From: Azolla caroliniana
Taxonomy: Eukaryota > Plantae > Polypodiophyta
Direction: 5' to 3'
Assembly: GCA_043228905.1 (NCBI GenBank)
Contig: JBHGNT010000011.1
Coordinates: 8,308,001-8,372,000, forward strand
Length of the DNA: 64,000 nt
A program made the translations under genes and the position numbers. Shown one piece after another: positions 1-12,272 of this stretch (its first letter is position 1; each line of letters begins with the position of its first letter). The notes under the pieces were generated by a model. That model saw only the letters and a list, made by a program, of their open reading frames with translations, was not told the origin of the DNA and made no database searches.

Positions 1-2
1 TG

Positions 3-1092
3 GTGGGCTTATTTTATACAATTCGGCAGGACCTCGGCGAGAGCATCCCACAGTTTGTCATCCGGTTTCAACGGATGCACAGTCAGCTTACCCGCGCACC
101 TCCGGAGGAAGAAACGCGGGCTATATTTTTAGCCGCGCTCCAGGAACCTCTACGAACGGTATGCACAGTCATTGACTTTCGCACAAGCACCGTCAACCAG
201 GTCATCGACCGGGTTCGAGGAATGGAGAGAACGAGCTCTTGGCTAACAATGGGAGCCCTCCAACGAGCATTACCAACCGATGAGGATCTCCGTTTCCGGC
301 AAGAAATCCAATGCACGACCTACTTGAATTCTCGACACTCGTCACTGGAGTGCACCATGCAGACGCACTGCTTACTCTGCCAAGCTACGAGCCACACGAA
401 GGACCGGTGCGAATATAACTTATTGAATCAGCAAGCTCCACCAGTCCGGCAAATCGAGCCACGTAGTAGCCGAGACGAAGAAGACGAACGATGGCGACGA
501 GAGGAGCGATATCGACCGGCACAAGATGTCCGGTACGACAATCGGCGAGACAACTACGACCAGTACAAGAGAAACGACAAGTACCGAGAATACAATGGAC
601 GGTATGAGCATCACAACCGGGATCACTCCCCCGGGTATCACCAACGATGGGAAGATTACGGGAGGTATGACGACCAACCCCGGCAAGGGTACCGCAACAA
701 AAGAACTTTAATAAAAAACGGCATTTCAAAAACGGGAGCCACCCACGTGAACCGGAAAAAGGCGCCTCAAGCAGCCAACCAGACCAGAGCCCCGTGGTTA
801 CCACAAATCCTCCACCGGGTACAGGAAACAATGCCGAATCCAGCAACACCCAGAAAGCATATTGCTACTACTGCCGGCAGGAAGGACATTATAGTAATCA
901 ATGTCCGGCAAAGAGCTATGATAAGCGACCGGCAGTAAACATGGTAGTCGCCGAAGTCGCAGACCTCCAGTAGGTCAGCACAAGGTCGCAGGGGAAGACT
1001 ACGGAATGGGAGACACAAGAGGCCATCCGGAAACAGGCAACGAAATGGGTAAAAAAGGCCAATGAGCGAAACGTAGCAGAACTTGCGCAATA
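3..1092 (+). pseudogene. gag: gag of gypsy A (frameshifted)
   Basis: Retrotransposon gag motif IRQDLGESIPQFVIRF. Zinc knuckles CTTYLNSRHSSLEC (degenerate), CLLCQATSHTKDRC and, in another frame at ~865-905, CYYCRQEGHYSNQC. Confidence 0.85.
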
Positions 1093-1289
1093 GAAGGAGA
1101 ACACCGAAGAGCTCTCCGGAAGCAGTCAGTCCGAAAACGGGACATGGCAGCTATTGTAGGAATGCCAGATCACGCTGCCGTTAGGACGACTCTTGCAGCT
1201 AGTACCAAGATTCACAGAAGGACGAAGGAAGGCATGACGACAGGCGGAACACCACCGGCTCCAGCATTCTTTTCAAATTCGGAGGAGGG

Positions 1290-4200
1290 ACCGGCCGTGG
1301 TGGACACCAATAGTCCGGCAATTACGGCCATTGTGAAAGGGGAAGAACTCCCCGGCACGATAATAGATGGAGGCTCCGGCGTTAACGTAATCAGCCTCCG
1401 GACATGCGATGCTCTTGGAATCTGAGAGTGGGAGACATGTCCGTTCTGGCTCCGTATGGCTGACACAAGCTCGTTTCGACCGACAGGATTAATACGGAAC
1501 TTGAAAGTAACCATCGGGGGCCACACATTCCGAATCTCAACCGTAGTTCTCCAGTTGCAGGCTCAAGGAGCGTACCCATTATTGTTGGGACGCCCTTGGT
1601 TAAAAACAACACATATCAAGCAGAACTAGAGGAGGAATATGATTACGTTCCGGCGGGGAAAAGCGAAGGTACGGGTACCAACACAACAAAGGAAGGGCAC
1701 CGGCAAGGATCTGACACCGTTATATGCGGAGTGTGTCAATATGCTGGAGGGATTAGCAGACGAAGAAGAAGAGCAGTACTTGTTGGAGAACTTGAAGATT
1801 GTACCCCTATTCAAAATTGACGTTGCGGAAGCGGTATCACCCTACTTACTACACTCGGACGAAACCGAAGCGGAACTGGATAAAGAAGCAATCCGGGAGT
1901 TACGGCATGCACAGGAGGCATTGGAAAGGGAAATTGCCGTATCCCAGCACGTAAAAGCGTCCCAATTAGAAGAGGTAAATCTAGGAACGGCGGAGGAGGC
2001 AAAACCGGTGCACATCGCCAAAGAAATTAATGCAGAGAACAAAACGGCGATAATTACACTCCTCAACGAGTTTCGCGACGTCTTTGCCTGGTCGTACGAG
2101 GATATGAGAGGCTTGGATCCTCAGTTGTATCAGCACCATATACATCTGAGCAAAGACGCCAAGCCGGTGGCACAGCGTCGGTACCGGATGAACCCAAACT
2201 ACGCCGCCAAAGTCGAGGAGGTCGACAAATTACTGAGGGTCCGCTTCATTCGTCCCGTAAAGAAATCTAAATGGCTGAACCCGATTGTAGTCGTACCGAA
2301 AAAGAATGGAAAAATTAGAGTTTGTGTCGACTACCGGAAGCTCAATGCGTCAATGGTAACGGATGCATTTCCACTTCCGTTTACGGATGGAGTTTTGGAT
2401 GCCGTTGCCGGCCATGAAGTCTACAGTTTCTTAGACGGATTCAGCGGGTATAATCAGATCCGGATGCACCCTAAGGATCAATAGAAAACAGCTTTCGTCA
2501 CCGAATGGGGAGTGTTTGTTGCGGTGGTGATGATGTTCGGGCTTAAAACGGCACCAGCAACATTCCAACGAATCATCATGGAGATCTTTGCCGAATACAT
2601 ACCGGCTTTTATGCAGGTGTTCCTTGACGACTTTGCCGTCTATAGTAGAGAAGAAGATCGTTTGTAGCATCTCAGACTATGTCTAGAGAAGTGTAGGGCG
2701 TACCGGCTAAGCCTGAATCCGGCGAAGTGTGTATTTGGAGTGTTCAACGGAACGCTACTAGGGCATATAGTAAGCAAGGAAGGCATTGCCGTAGATCCGG
2801 ACAAAGTGAAAGCAATCCGGGAAGCACCGGCACCGGCAACGGCAAAGGCATTGAGCCGTTTCCTAGGACAAATCCGCTGGCATAGCCGTATGCTCCGATA
2901 TTTGGCAAACCTAGCTACACCTCTGCATGTGGCAGTACATCGAACACTGTTCCAATGGACCGACATCGAAGACAAGGCGTACCGGGCACTAAAGGTGTTA
3001 TTGTCACAAGCACCGGTAGTGCAGCCTCCAGATTGGGGTAAAGAGTTTCATGTGTTTGTGGACGCTTCCGATATCGCAATCGGCAGCGCGCTCATGCAGC
3101 TTACCGAGCCAAGGTGGTACCGGCCAATATACTATGCCAGTCGGAAGCTATCCCAAGCGGAACGAAATTATTCTACCAAGGAAAGGGAGGCTTTAGGAAT
3201 GATCTACAGGGTAACAAAATTCAGGCATTATTTATTGGGAAGAAAGGTCTCCTTCCATGCAGATCATTCGGCACTCCTCTACCTAGTATCCAAAGCGTCA
3301 CTTACCGGTAAGCTGGCCCGGTGGACTTTGTTGTTGCAAGAGTTCGAATTTGAGATATTCCACCGACCCGGCATACAGCATGCGGTCGCAGATTATCTAA
3401 GCCGGTTAGATTCCGGGGAGACAAGTGACGGAGTACCGGACGAGTTTCTAGATGTAGAGCTTTTTCAAGTCACCACGGAAACGGCAACAGATGAAACGGT
3501 GGCACAAGAAGATAAGTGGCTAACTAATATGCACCTGTTTCTGAGTACCGGATTGCCTCTGGAGGAGATGAACTGGGACGAGAGAAAACGTCTGGCGGTA
3601 CAGAGCCGACACTTTTATTTATTACAGGACACACTATACCACAAAGGTGCGGACAGTATCTGGCGACGAGCGGTGCACAACGACGAGAAGGAGGTCATAC
3701 TACGGGAGGCACACTGCAGAGTCGTCGGAGGCCATTATGTCGGAGATGCGACGACAAGGAAAGTATGGCAAAGTGGCCTATGGTGGCCAACCACATTGAA
3801 AGATGCAGTCCGGTATGCGAAGGAGGGTGATCTATGCCAACGAATGGGTCAGCCAACGGAACAAGCTCGGATGCCACACTAGCCGATCCTACCACTAGAA
3901 CCATTCCAGAAATGGGGGCTGGATTTCATCGGGCCATTTAAACGACCGGCAACCGGTACGTGATCGTCGCGACGGATTATTATACTAAGTGGGCGGAAGC
4001 GAAAGCCCTACTAGACAACACCGCGGCGTCAACGACGAAATTCTTATACGAATGCATTTGGTGCCGGTACGGATGCCCCATAGAGCTGATAAGCGACCAA
4101 GGAGGGCACTTTCTTGGGCAGGTGGTAGAAAGTTTGACGACATTCTATGCGGTAGTACATAAACGAAGCACACCGTACTATCCGCAAGCAAATGGGTTAG

Positions 4201-4970
4201 CTGAGTCGACGAACAAAACGCTCCAGAATATCCTCCAGAAGTTCGTCAATGAAAATCGGACAGATTGGGACACAAAGCTGCACAGTGCGCTTTGGGCTTA
4301 CCGGACAACGTACAAAACAAGCATCCGGACAACACCGTTCCGATTAGCATTCAGATTGGAGGCAGTCATGCCGGTCGAGTTCCAGGTACCAAGCTTACGG
4401 ATTCAGATTTGGGAACGATTGAACGAAAAGGAATCGGAGGCAATTCCGTTAAAGGCTTTGTGCGAACTGGAAGAACACCGACTGGCGAGCATTATGCACC
4501 TGGAATTGGAACAACGGAGACGGAAAGCATTTGTAGATCGGCACCGGAAGGGAAACGAAAAGATGTTCGGGACCGGCAAGCCGGTACTCGTGTTCCAGAC
4601 CTGGATGGGCAAAATGCCAAGTAAACTACAATTTAGATGGACCGGACTGTACTGGATCACACGCGAGTTCAATGGGTCCTACCAGTTGGGGACACTTGCC
4701 GGAGAAGTGTTGGGCAAATGGGTCAACGGATTTAGACTAAAACCATACAAAGGACCTATGCCTAAGAACCCATTTGAACGGAAGGCTGCCACCGAATCAG
4801 ATGCCGGCAGGCCAACCATAACGGAAACCGGTGAAGACGACGGCTACCACCAAGCCAGTAAGGAGGAGCATGAGCCAGCAACCGAGGGGAGCAGAACGAC
4901 GGCAAACCGACAAGAGGCCGGCGAGTTGCACGCTTCGGGCAAAGGTCCGACAGGACCGGAGAACAACTAA
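1290..4970 (+). pseudogene. pol: pol of gypsy A: protease, RT, RNase H, integrase (stops and frameshifts)
   Basis: IIDGGSGVNVI (PR); PIVVVPKKNGKIRVCVDYRKLN, LDGFSGYNQI, VFLDDF (RT); VDASDIAIG, RNYSTKEREAL (RH); GHY...WWP, ISDQGGHF, YYPQANGLAE (INT). Confidence 0.95.
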
Positions 4971-6053
4971 CCACACAAGTAAGTAAAAAAAAAAGAAAGA
5001 AAGAAAGAAGAGAATAAAGGATCGAATCAAATAAATCATGGAAAGGAGTGGTGGAAACGGCCATGCACACGAGGAGTAAAGAGGCACGTTGAAAAGGTAC
5101 GAGGAGCTATGAATAGGACATTCAACCACCGCCACATGGCACACAATGCTATTATAGTACACGACCTGCACATGCAGAGGCTTGAAAAAGACGCCAAGAT
5201 GCAAAGAGAAAAACCCCCACGCATCGAGACCTTCTCCTATCGCGAACCAAGGAGAACAGACGCATAGCGACGCGTGAAGATAAATCGTAGAGAGCTCGCA
5301 CACAGAGAACCCCCTCCCTAAGAACTTTCTCTCTCACATTCTTCCCACCATCAAACCTCTCCAACGCTCTCCGACCTCGATGCAGAGATGGACTGCCAAA
5401 CGCTGTCTGAAGCCGCCAAGAAATGGTTACGACAGCACAGTCTGGAGGGTTTCTTAACGATCATGGAGGCGGCGCCACACAAGGAGGCCAAGAAGATTAT
5501 AAAAGAAATCGACACGGAGGTGATCACGGAGGAGGCGATCTGTGCGTTAATAGGCCTTCCGGAGGGAGGTATCTACACGATCGACAATCCTACCCCCGAG
5601 CAACTCATCAAATATTTCGGTGAGTACTCTCTAGCTAGCAAGGGCTATAGGACACAGGGCGGCGAAGATATGCTATTCCGTGAAATTGCCCATGTGCTCC
5701 ACAAGTTCGGCCACGTGTACCCTCGACCCCCCGTCATGCCTCTGAACCGAGCATGCTTGATCATCGCAACGTACGAAGGGGTCAAGGTAGATTAGCTGGT
5801 GTTGATAGCCGACGGGCTGTGTACGGCCATTGATATAGTAAGAGGAAAGGACGGCAAGGAAGGCCGGAAAATATGGCATGCGGTGACACAATGGCTCACC
5901 CTGTTGGCGCCACCGGTCGAGCCCGTCCAAACCAAGAAGCGGGGAAGAGCAACGGACGGCACCTCGAAACCTGCTTCGAAACGGCAACAACTGTTGGCCT
6001 CCAAGGCCACTAAGGGGAAGACTGCCGAAGCAGAGAAGGCGACGAAGGAGCGC

Positions 6054-6894
6054 GTTGTTGTGCCTTTCAGCGCCAGATCGTTTGCGTGAGTCGGGTGGGA
6101 ATCACCGGGGTTTTGGACTAGGAGGAGGAAGAATTTGAGGCTAATCTAGTTATGAATATGAATAGATTATAAGAAAGAGATATAGAAACTTGTGAATCCC
6201 ACAAGTATAATTATTTTAGTTTGTCTTAATCATAGTAATAAATTGAAATAGTTTAGAATAGTTTAGAGTAGAAATAGAAAAGAGATCAAACCTTGTGAAT
6301 CCCACAAGTATTACATTAATCAATATTTATGTAAAAATATGAATTTAGATTGAAAGAGATAGATTATAAAACTTCGTGAATCCCACGATTATATTAATTG
6401 GTGTTTTAGGAAATATATCCAATTTCCCAAATATTTTTCACACACCCTATTACATTGTGCTCCTCATCCTTATATAGAGATGAGAGAGTCTTTTGCAACC
6501 CATGCGTTTTCTCTAACTATAGACTCCATGCTTTTTCTAGAGATAGACTATATGCTTTATCTAAAGTGATCATGCTTTTTCTAACTTGTGCGTTTTTTTA
6601 TTGACTATAGTGTTCATGCATGCTACATGTGCATGTGTAGCTTTTTCTTTTATCATGCGTTTTTCTAAAGTTTATCCTAGCGTGAACTTACCTTTCTATG
6701 TGGAACATCTACTTTTTAACACTAATGAAATGTTAGTGTAATGGTAAGACATTACATTATTAACGTGGAGGTGCAAGGTTCAAACCTTGCTCTATGCATG
6801 TATTATTTATTTTGACATTTTCTTCTATTTCTTCATATTTACTAAAACGTTACTTTATAAGTTTTTCATGTAGTGTACGAAATACACTATGACA
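6054..6894 (-). mobile_element. Solo-LTR-like insertion with 4-bp TSD, carrying a tRNA-like module
   Basis: AT-rich 841-bp block splitting a GC-rich ORF. GCGC on both sides (6050-6053, 6895-6898). Ends (t)GTTGTTGTG...CACTATGACA, with the left T missing. Minus-strand TATA (CTATATAAG) at 6469-6477. Three internal AA(A/C)CTT(C)GTGAATCCCAC repeats at ~6186, 6288, 6369. Confidence 0.75.
6727..6798 (+). ncRNA. Degenerate tRNA-like sequence / Pol III internal promoter inside insertion
   Basis: A box TAGTGTAATGG (6734), B box GGTTCAAACC (6777), T-arm stem GCAAGG/CCTTGC, T-runs downstream. No clean acceptor stem. Confidence 0.6.
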
Positions 6895-9059
6895 GCGCCA
6901 GCCGAAAGCGACCGACGGACACGCACGAGGAGACACCGGCACGACCCTTGAAGAGCCCACTCCACCGATCGGGGCAACAGGAAACGGACACCTTGGCAGC
7001 AAGAATGAATGTCGGGACTCAGGCGGAAGAAATGGAGGAAGAACCCACAGAGCACCTCCAGCGGAGGCCGGTGAAGAGCACCGCTGAATCAACCGGGAAG
7101 CGTTTGGACCCACAGAAGGATGGAACGCCCGCAACTCATGCTGAGCAACCCACGCCAAGGGAGGCACCGGAACCGGTTCAGATGGAACCGGTCATAGAAG
7201 TCCCGGCACAACAGGCAACATCGGCAAGCCCCGTCACTCAAGAGCCAGAGATACAAAGGCCAACCGCCCTAGCCGGCCAAGAACAAGCAGACGAGGGGCG
7301 AGTAGCCGAAACACAATTAGAGCCGGAACAGCAAAGTGGTCAGCTGGCAGAACCAGAAGCGCAGCTTGATGCAGAAAGGCGGGACCTGCCACTGGCGAGT
7401 GAACCCATTAGCCAACTCTCCGTGCAAGCGCAACAATAGTGCACCGGCAGCCAATGGCTCCAGTGGATAGGAGACCAAATTGCCGGAGTAGTCGGATACA
7501 TAGAGGCGGAGGAAAGAGCGCAAACGGAACGGTTGCTCGTTACAACCGACGAACTGGAGACGGCCTGGTCAAGGATTCGGTGCCTGGCACAAGACTTGGA
7601 TCGGATCACAGGAGGTATGGCCAAAATGGCCTTAACCACAACGTAGGTCCAAGCACTGGTGACTCCGGTTGATGTACAGAAGAATAAAACCCCGGAGACA
7701 CAAACTGTCCCAGGGAAAGAGGTGGCGCAAACCCAAGAGCTTGCGGAATTACGAGATGAGCTCGCTGCATAAGAAGCATTACGGAGCCGCGAACGCGACT
7801 TGAAGAAGGCAGCGGAAGAAGAATTAAGAAAGACTGCTGAGAACCTTCGCCGGACAGAGGAAAACCTGCGTAAAGGACATCATGCTTACGACCGGCTGAA
7901 GGAGGGAAAAGAGAAAGTGCTGCAGGAAAAAGACAAGCTGCGACGGATGGCGCAGACGGAAATAGAGAGGCTGAAGGAAGAGCTCTGTCAACAAAAGGAC
8001 AAAGAGGACCGTGCGCGCCGTCAGATCAACCAACGACTGAAGCAGAAGACCGATGATTTCGATCATCTTCATCGGGATTACAAGCAGCTGGAGACAGAGC
8101 ATAAGCAACAACAGGAACAGATGGCCGAGCTCCGGCAAGAGGTTGATAGGGCCACAACGGCACTCGCCGAAGAACGAGCGAAAAGATCCAGGCTATTGGA
8201 GGAAGCGGCGAATGACCGGATGGAGCTCCACAAACAGAACCATGAAGACAAGGAAAGAGCATCAATGGTACTACAAAGGTTGCAAACAACCTATCAAACT
8301 CAATTGTCGCATTATAGGGAGGAGGCGGAAACGGTTCGGATCATCAAGCAATTGAAGGAGGAGCGACAAGCCGCAGAAAATATATCATAGATGGGAGCCG
8401 AACGGATCCAGTTCATCCTCCGGTCATGGCTCACTAAGACCAAAAGCTTGATTGATGACAACTCTGTGCGTTGGTGGGCAAAATGGGCGGAGAATACGGC
8501 GGAACTCCAATTGCTTAGGGCAGATGTCGAAAACCGGCGAAAGGAGGGCGACGACTGCTATATGCTGACCTCGGAGGACTTCACCACCATCAGGGATGAG
8601 CTGGCGGAAGATTTCACAGCCCTGGCGGATGAACAATTGGTGCAGATCCGGCAGCTCGTAGCTCAACTGGATGATGATCGGCTGGAGGCTCAAATCCAAT
8701 TCGAAAGCTATGAGCGGTCCCGGCTCCGGGAAGAGAAAGTGCGAAAGGCGGCAACGGTCAACCTTAGTGATGAGGAACTGTCGCCGGTGCAAAGACCGGA
8801 GGGGGAACAGGCCGGGGTCAGTCAGCCACAGACAACTCCGACGGAGGAACCAACGACGGAAACGCCGGTGCTAGAGCGACAAACGGAGCAGCAGCCATAG
8901 CCACAAACGGAACAACAGCAACAACCACAACAACAACAACAGATTCCTGACAAGCCATTGGAAATTTTGGAGCAAAGCATTCTGGACATTTTGGATGAAG
9001 CGTAAAAGGGCCGGATAGTGGGTTCGACGTACAAGGTACTGTCCCACGGGCATGCCATG

Positions 9060-9522
9060 TGTTACCGGCCGGCAAAGAAGGCTTAAGGAGGTACAAACCA
9101 GAGTGTGAAAGGAATAGTTATTCAGAAACTGTTGTAATTAGTAGTCTTAATATATACATATTATTATATAAGAAGATGTGGACGGACAGACCGTAATCGG
9201 TATGCCGATCCGGATCCGGAACGATTCCGTAAAGGTGCCGGTTGGCACCGTTTTGTATTTCGCACCGGAGACCTATATAAAGGCCCGATTACAATGTAAT
9301 CAAGATCGGATAATTAATAAACCTTATTCTCTTAATCTTCAACTGTTGATTACCGTTCTGTATTTATTGTCATATCTTACGCATGTTAATTACGGATGGC
9401 TCAGTAATCGATTAAGGTCTAATTAAGCGTTGTGTCGTAAGTCATTCTGCCATACCACCCTTTGGTGACGTGTCTTAAGTGGACACCCTGTGTTAGGCTG
9501 CTATCTGGCCCTAGCAATAACA
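9060..9522 (+). repeat. 3' LTR of gypsy A (left edge tentative)
   Basis: TGTTA...TAACA termini. CCTATATAAAGG TATA at ~9272, identical in the gypsy B LTR. AATAAA at ~9316. No clear PPT, so the start is uncertain. Confidence 0.6.
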
Positions 9523-10333
9523 AATTAAATGATGCTTATGAATGAATGAATGATTAAATACTCAAACAATGATCATTTTATATTTTTGATTGCCTTTGAA
9601 GTTCATAAATAAAACAATGATAGAGCCTAATGATTGAACCAATGATTGAACCAATGATTGAATACCCAAAGCAACATTTTTATGACTCTCTAATGTTTTG
9701 TATTAAAGATGTGGCCATGAATGAACCAATGATTCAAATGGCTTATATTTAAAATGGTGGGCATGAATGAACCAATGATTGAGAAGTTCTATATTAAATA
9801 TGGGTGCCATTAATTAACCAATGATTTTAACTTTAAACCAGCATATATATGGCTTGGAAATGATGGTAAATATATACAATATGTATATAAAAATTGAATG
9901 TATGTAATATATGTATACTATATACTTAATGTTTAGGAGTACAAAGTAGGCCTACACGTGGACAATATTATTGCCCTAATGATTGGGATTAAACTTACAT
10001 ATTTTTACCTCCATATATTTAGTATTATTATACTTAATAGATAAAGTAAATTTAATTTAAATTATATATTATATGATTAATAAGGTATAAAATATAATTG
10101 ATGGACTTTATATTGACTAGTTTAAGTAGTTATTAATATGTTGAATAAAATTATTATATTAAAAATAATATCTTTCTTTATTGTATTAATATAATATTAA
10201 ATAATATAGACATTATATTGAGGGAGATTATGTTTAGAGAGGAGTTTATGTTTAGAGAGGAGCTTACCATTTTATATATTAGCCCAAGCACATAACTTGA
10301 AGAGCTCTGTGTAGACCCTAAGCCATGACTGAA

Positions 10334-10490
10334 GACTCACCATTCTCGATTGAAGAATATTGTTTGTCATCATACTCTTTGTTTTCTACCGAAGAGTATT
10401 GTCTGTGGACAGACTCACCATTTTCTATCGAAGAATATTGTTTGTCGACAGACTCACCCATTTCTATCAAAGAGTATTGTTTGAGCTCAT
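10334..10490 (+). repeat. 39-bp coding tandem repeat x4 (DSPFSIEEYCLSS)
   Basis: GACTCACCATT(C/T)TC(G/T)AT(T/C)GAAGAATATTGTTTGTC units; also present at 34473-34630. Confidence 0.85.
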
Positions 10491-11614
10491 CTTCACCTAA
10501 AACACATGTGAATAATGACACATGTGAAGAGTTCTCTATTGAAGAATACGATATTAATAAAGATACGGAGAATAAAGGTGGTGCCAATGAAACATCGAAG
10601 ATCATGGGCGATGGTGACAACAAAGAATTGGATTGTAACAAGGTTACCCCAACTTCTATGCAAGGGAGAAATTTGGAAGCCCTATGCATATTAGAAGAAT
10701 CCCACGTAGAATCCCACGTCGGGTCACATATGCAACTAGTGTCTGATAAATGTACGGCGATCAAAGTATCATTCGAGTATTATATCTTCCATGCGCAACA
10801 AATATGCAGGGTTGCCTTCAAAATTGCGTTATGTGTTAGTAACATGCAGCTACATAGAGTACAACAACATCTACTTTGCAGGGATCAGATGCTCAATTGT
10901 AAAGAGGTTCCAAGTATGAAAGGTGCAATTGGAAGACATGCTATTGGTTGGATGAAAAGTTACTTTCAGTTAAATTGTGAAGTAATGTCCACTACAGGTA
11001 GGATCCACCTCTCTGATAATTACACATGTCGGGAAGTTTATGATGTCTATCAATCAAATATGGTGAGCTCAGTTTTCAAATGTTATCATTCTGTGTAAAG
11101 TATGCATGGGGTATGCTCCATTTGTGCAAATCTTAAAAGTTTGGCTAAAGGTGCAAACACATCAATGGAAAAGGATATGAGTAAGAAGTTACTACAGGAG
11201 CATCGTGAGGCACAATCGTTCGAACGAAAGAAGGCGATGCATCATAGAGAGAAGTGGTTGAAGAGGCCCGAACAATACATGTGCTTAATGATAGATGGTA
11301 TGGACCAAAAGAAGACGTGCTTGCCACATATGCGGAGGCTCCCCAAAGACATCAATGATGAGTGCCTTGCTCAAATGCACTTGGTGGGATGCTTGGCTTA
11401 GAATAGGTCTATTGGACCTCATGTGTTCATTACATACCCCAATGTTCACAATGACCCTAACCTAATAGTTACAGTGATACAACGAGTTTTCATGTCTTGG
11501 GGCCAACCGTCCCCTTGTTCTATACATTCAATTGGACAATACTGCTAGAGAGAATAAAAATTCAACTTTGTTTGGCTATCTAAGTATGTTGGTCAACCAA
11601 TGATTGTTTAGAAA

Positions 11615-12015
11615 TGTAAAAAGTAACGTGCGGAAGCAAGTATGAAGACGGAACAAAAGGAAGAACACTCAGGTTTAATGGAGAGCTTGAGCTTGCGTAG
11701 TATACGCGGGAGAGACAAAGAGAGTGAGAGAGAGAAAAGCACAACTATATTCCACACAAGATCTCGATTCACTACACTATACATATGTGTGTTCCATGAA
11801 CACTTTTATACAAGTCCTCGAAGGACTGACCAAAGTACTGACCGTACTTCAATGCTCTTTAAGAGCTCCTACACTAACTCCCAAATATATTCCTCACGGA
11901 ATATCTTTCCTAACGGCCTCCCGGTTTACGCACTCGGCCTAACCGATCGGTCCCAACCGATCCGATCCTCGGCTTCTTCAGTTGATCCGGCCGATGTTGA
12001 GCTTGTCTCTCAACA
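11615..12015 (-). repeat. 3' LTR of copia 1
   Basis: Direct repeat of 16883-17286, with roughly a dozen substitutions and one 3-bp indel by eye. PPT CTTGAGGGGGAG adjacent at 12016-12027. Confidence 0.95.
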
Positions 12016-12272
12016 CTCCCCCTCAAGCTCAACTCGAGGCTCTTTGGGATCCTTGGGCTCACAGCTCCGGTTCCTCCTGGCTTCACGCCTTGCTCGCGCT
12101 CCTCGACCTGTTCGACTCTGCGTGCTTCGACCCTTCCGGTCGGCTTGTCTGCTCATGTGGCCCCTATCAGCTCTTCTGCTGTTGCGGTGTCGACACTTCT
12201 TCTGCTGCCTTTTCTTCTGCTTGGGCCTCCGTTGATTCAACGTGTCTAAATCAAACATCCGAACCGACTCGG

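Larger units (their letters stand above)
5388..8900 (+). pseudogene. Extra sense ORF between pol and 3' LTR (env position): globular N-domain, P/E/Q-rich linker, coiled coil; interrupted by the 6054-6894 insertion
   Basis: ORF pieces 5388-5795, 5799-6053, 6895-7439, 7800-8900. Motifs YFGEYS..K.YRT, IIAT.EG..VD(W) and WAKWA also occur in the homologous ORF at 43677-45880 (-). Confidence 0.75.
1..9522 (+). mobile_element. Ty3/gypsy LTR retrotransposon A (non-chromovirus, 5' end outside window), degenerate
   Basis: Domain order gag-PR-RT-RH-INT, then an extra ORF and a TGTTA...TAACA LTR. After 9522 the sequence resumes homology with 33870 onward, which fixes the 3' end. No chromodomain and no extra archaeal-type RNase H seen. 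Confidence 0.9.

Noticed and set aside
7800-8390. Host myosin/SMC-like coiled-coil gene
   Set aside because: Lies inside gypsy A and has a homologue at the same position in gypsy B.
11642-12235. 197-aa ORF and its twin at 16910-17338
   Set aside because: These are antisense reads through the copia LTRs; their similarity is explained by LTR duplication.
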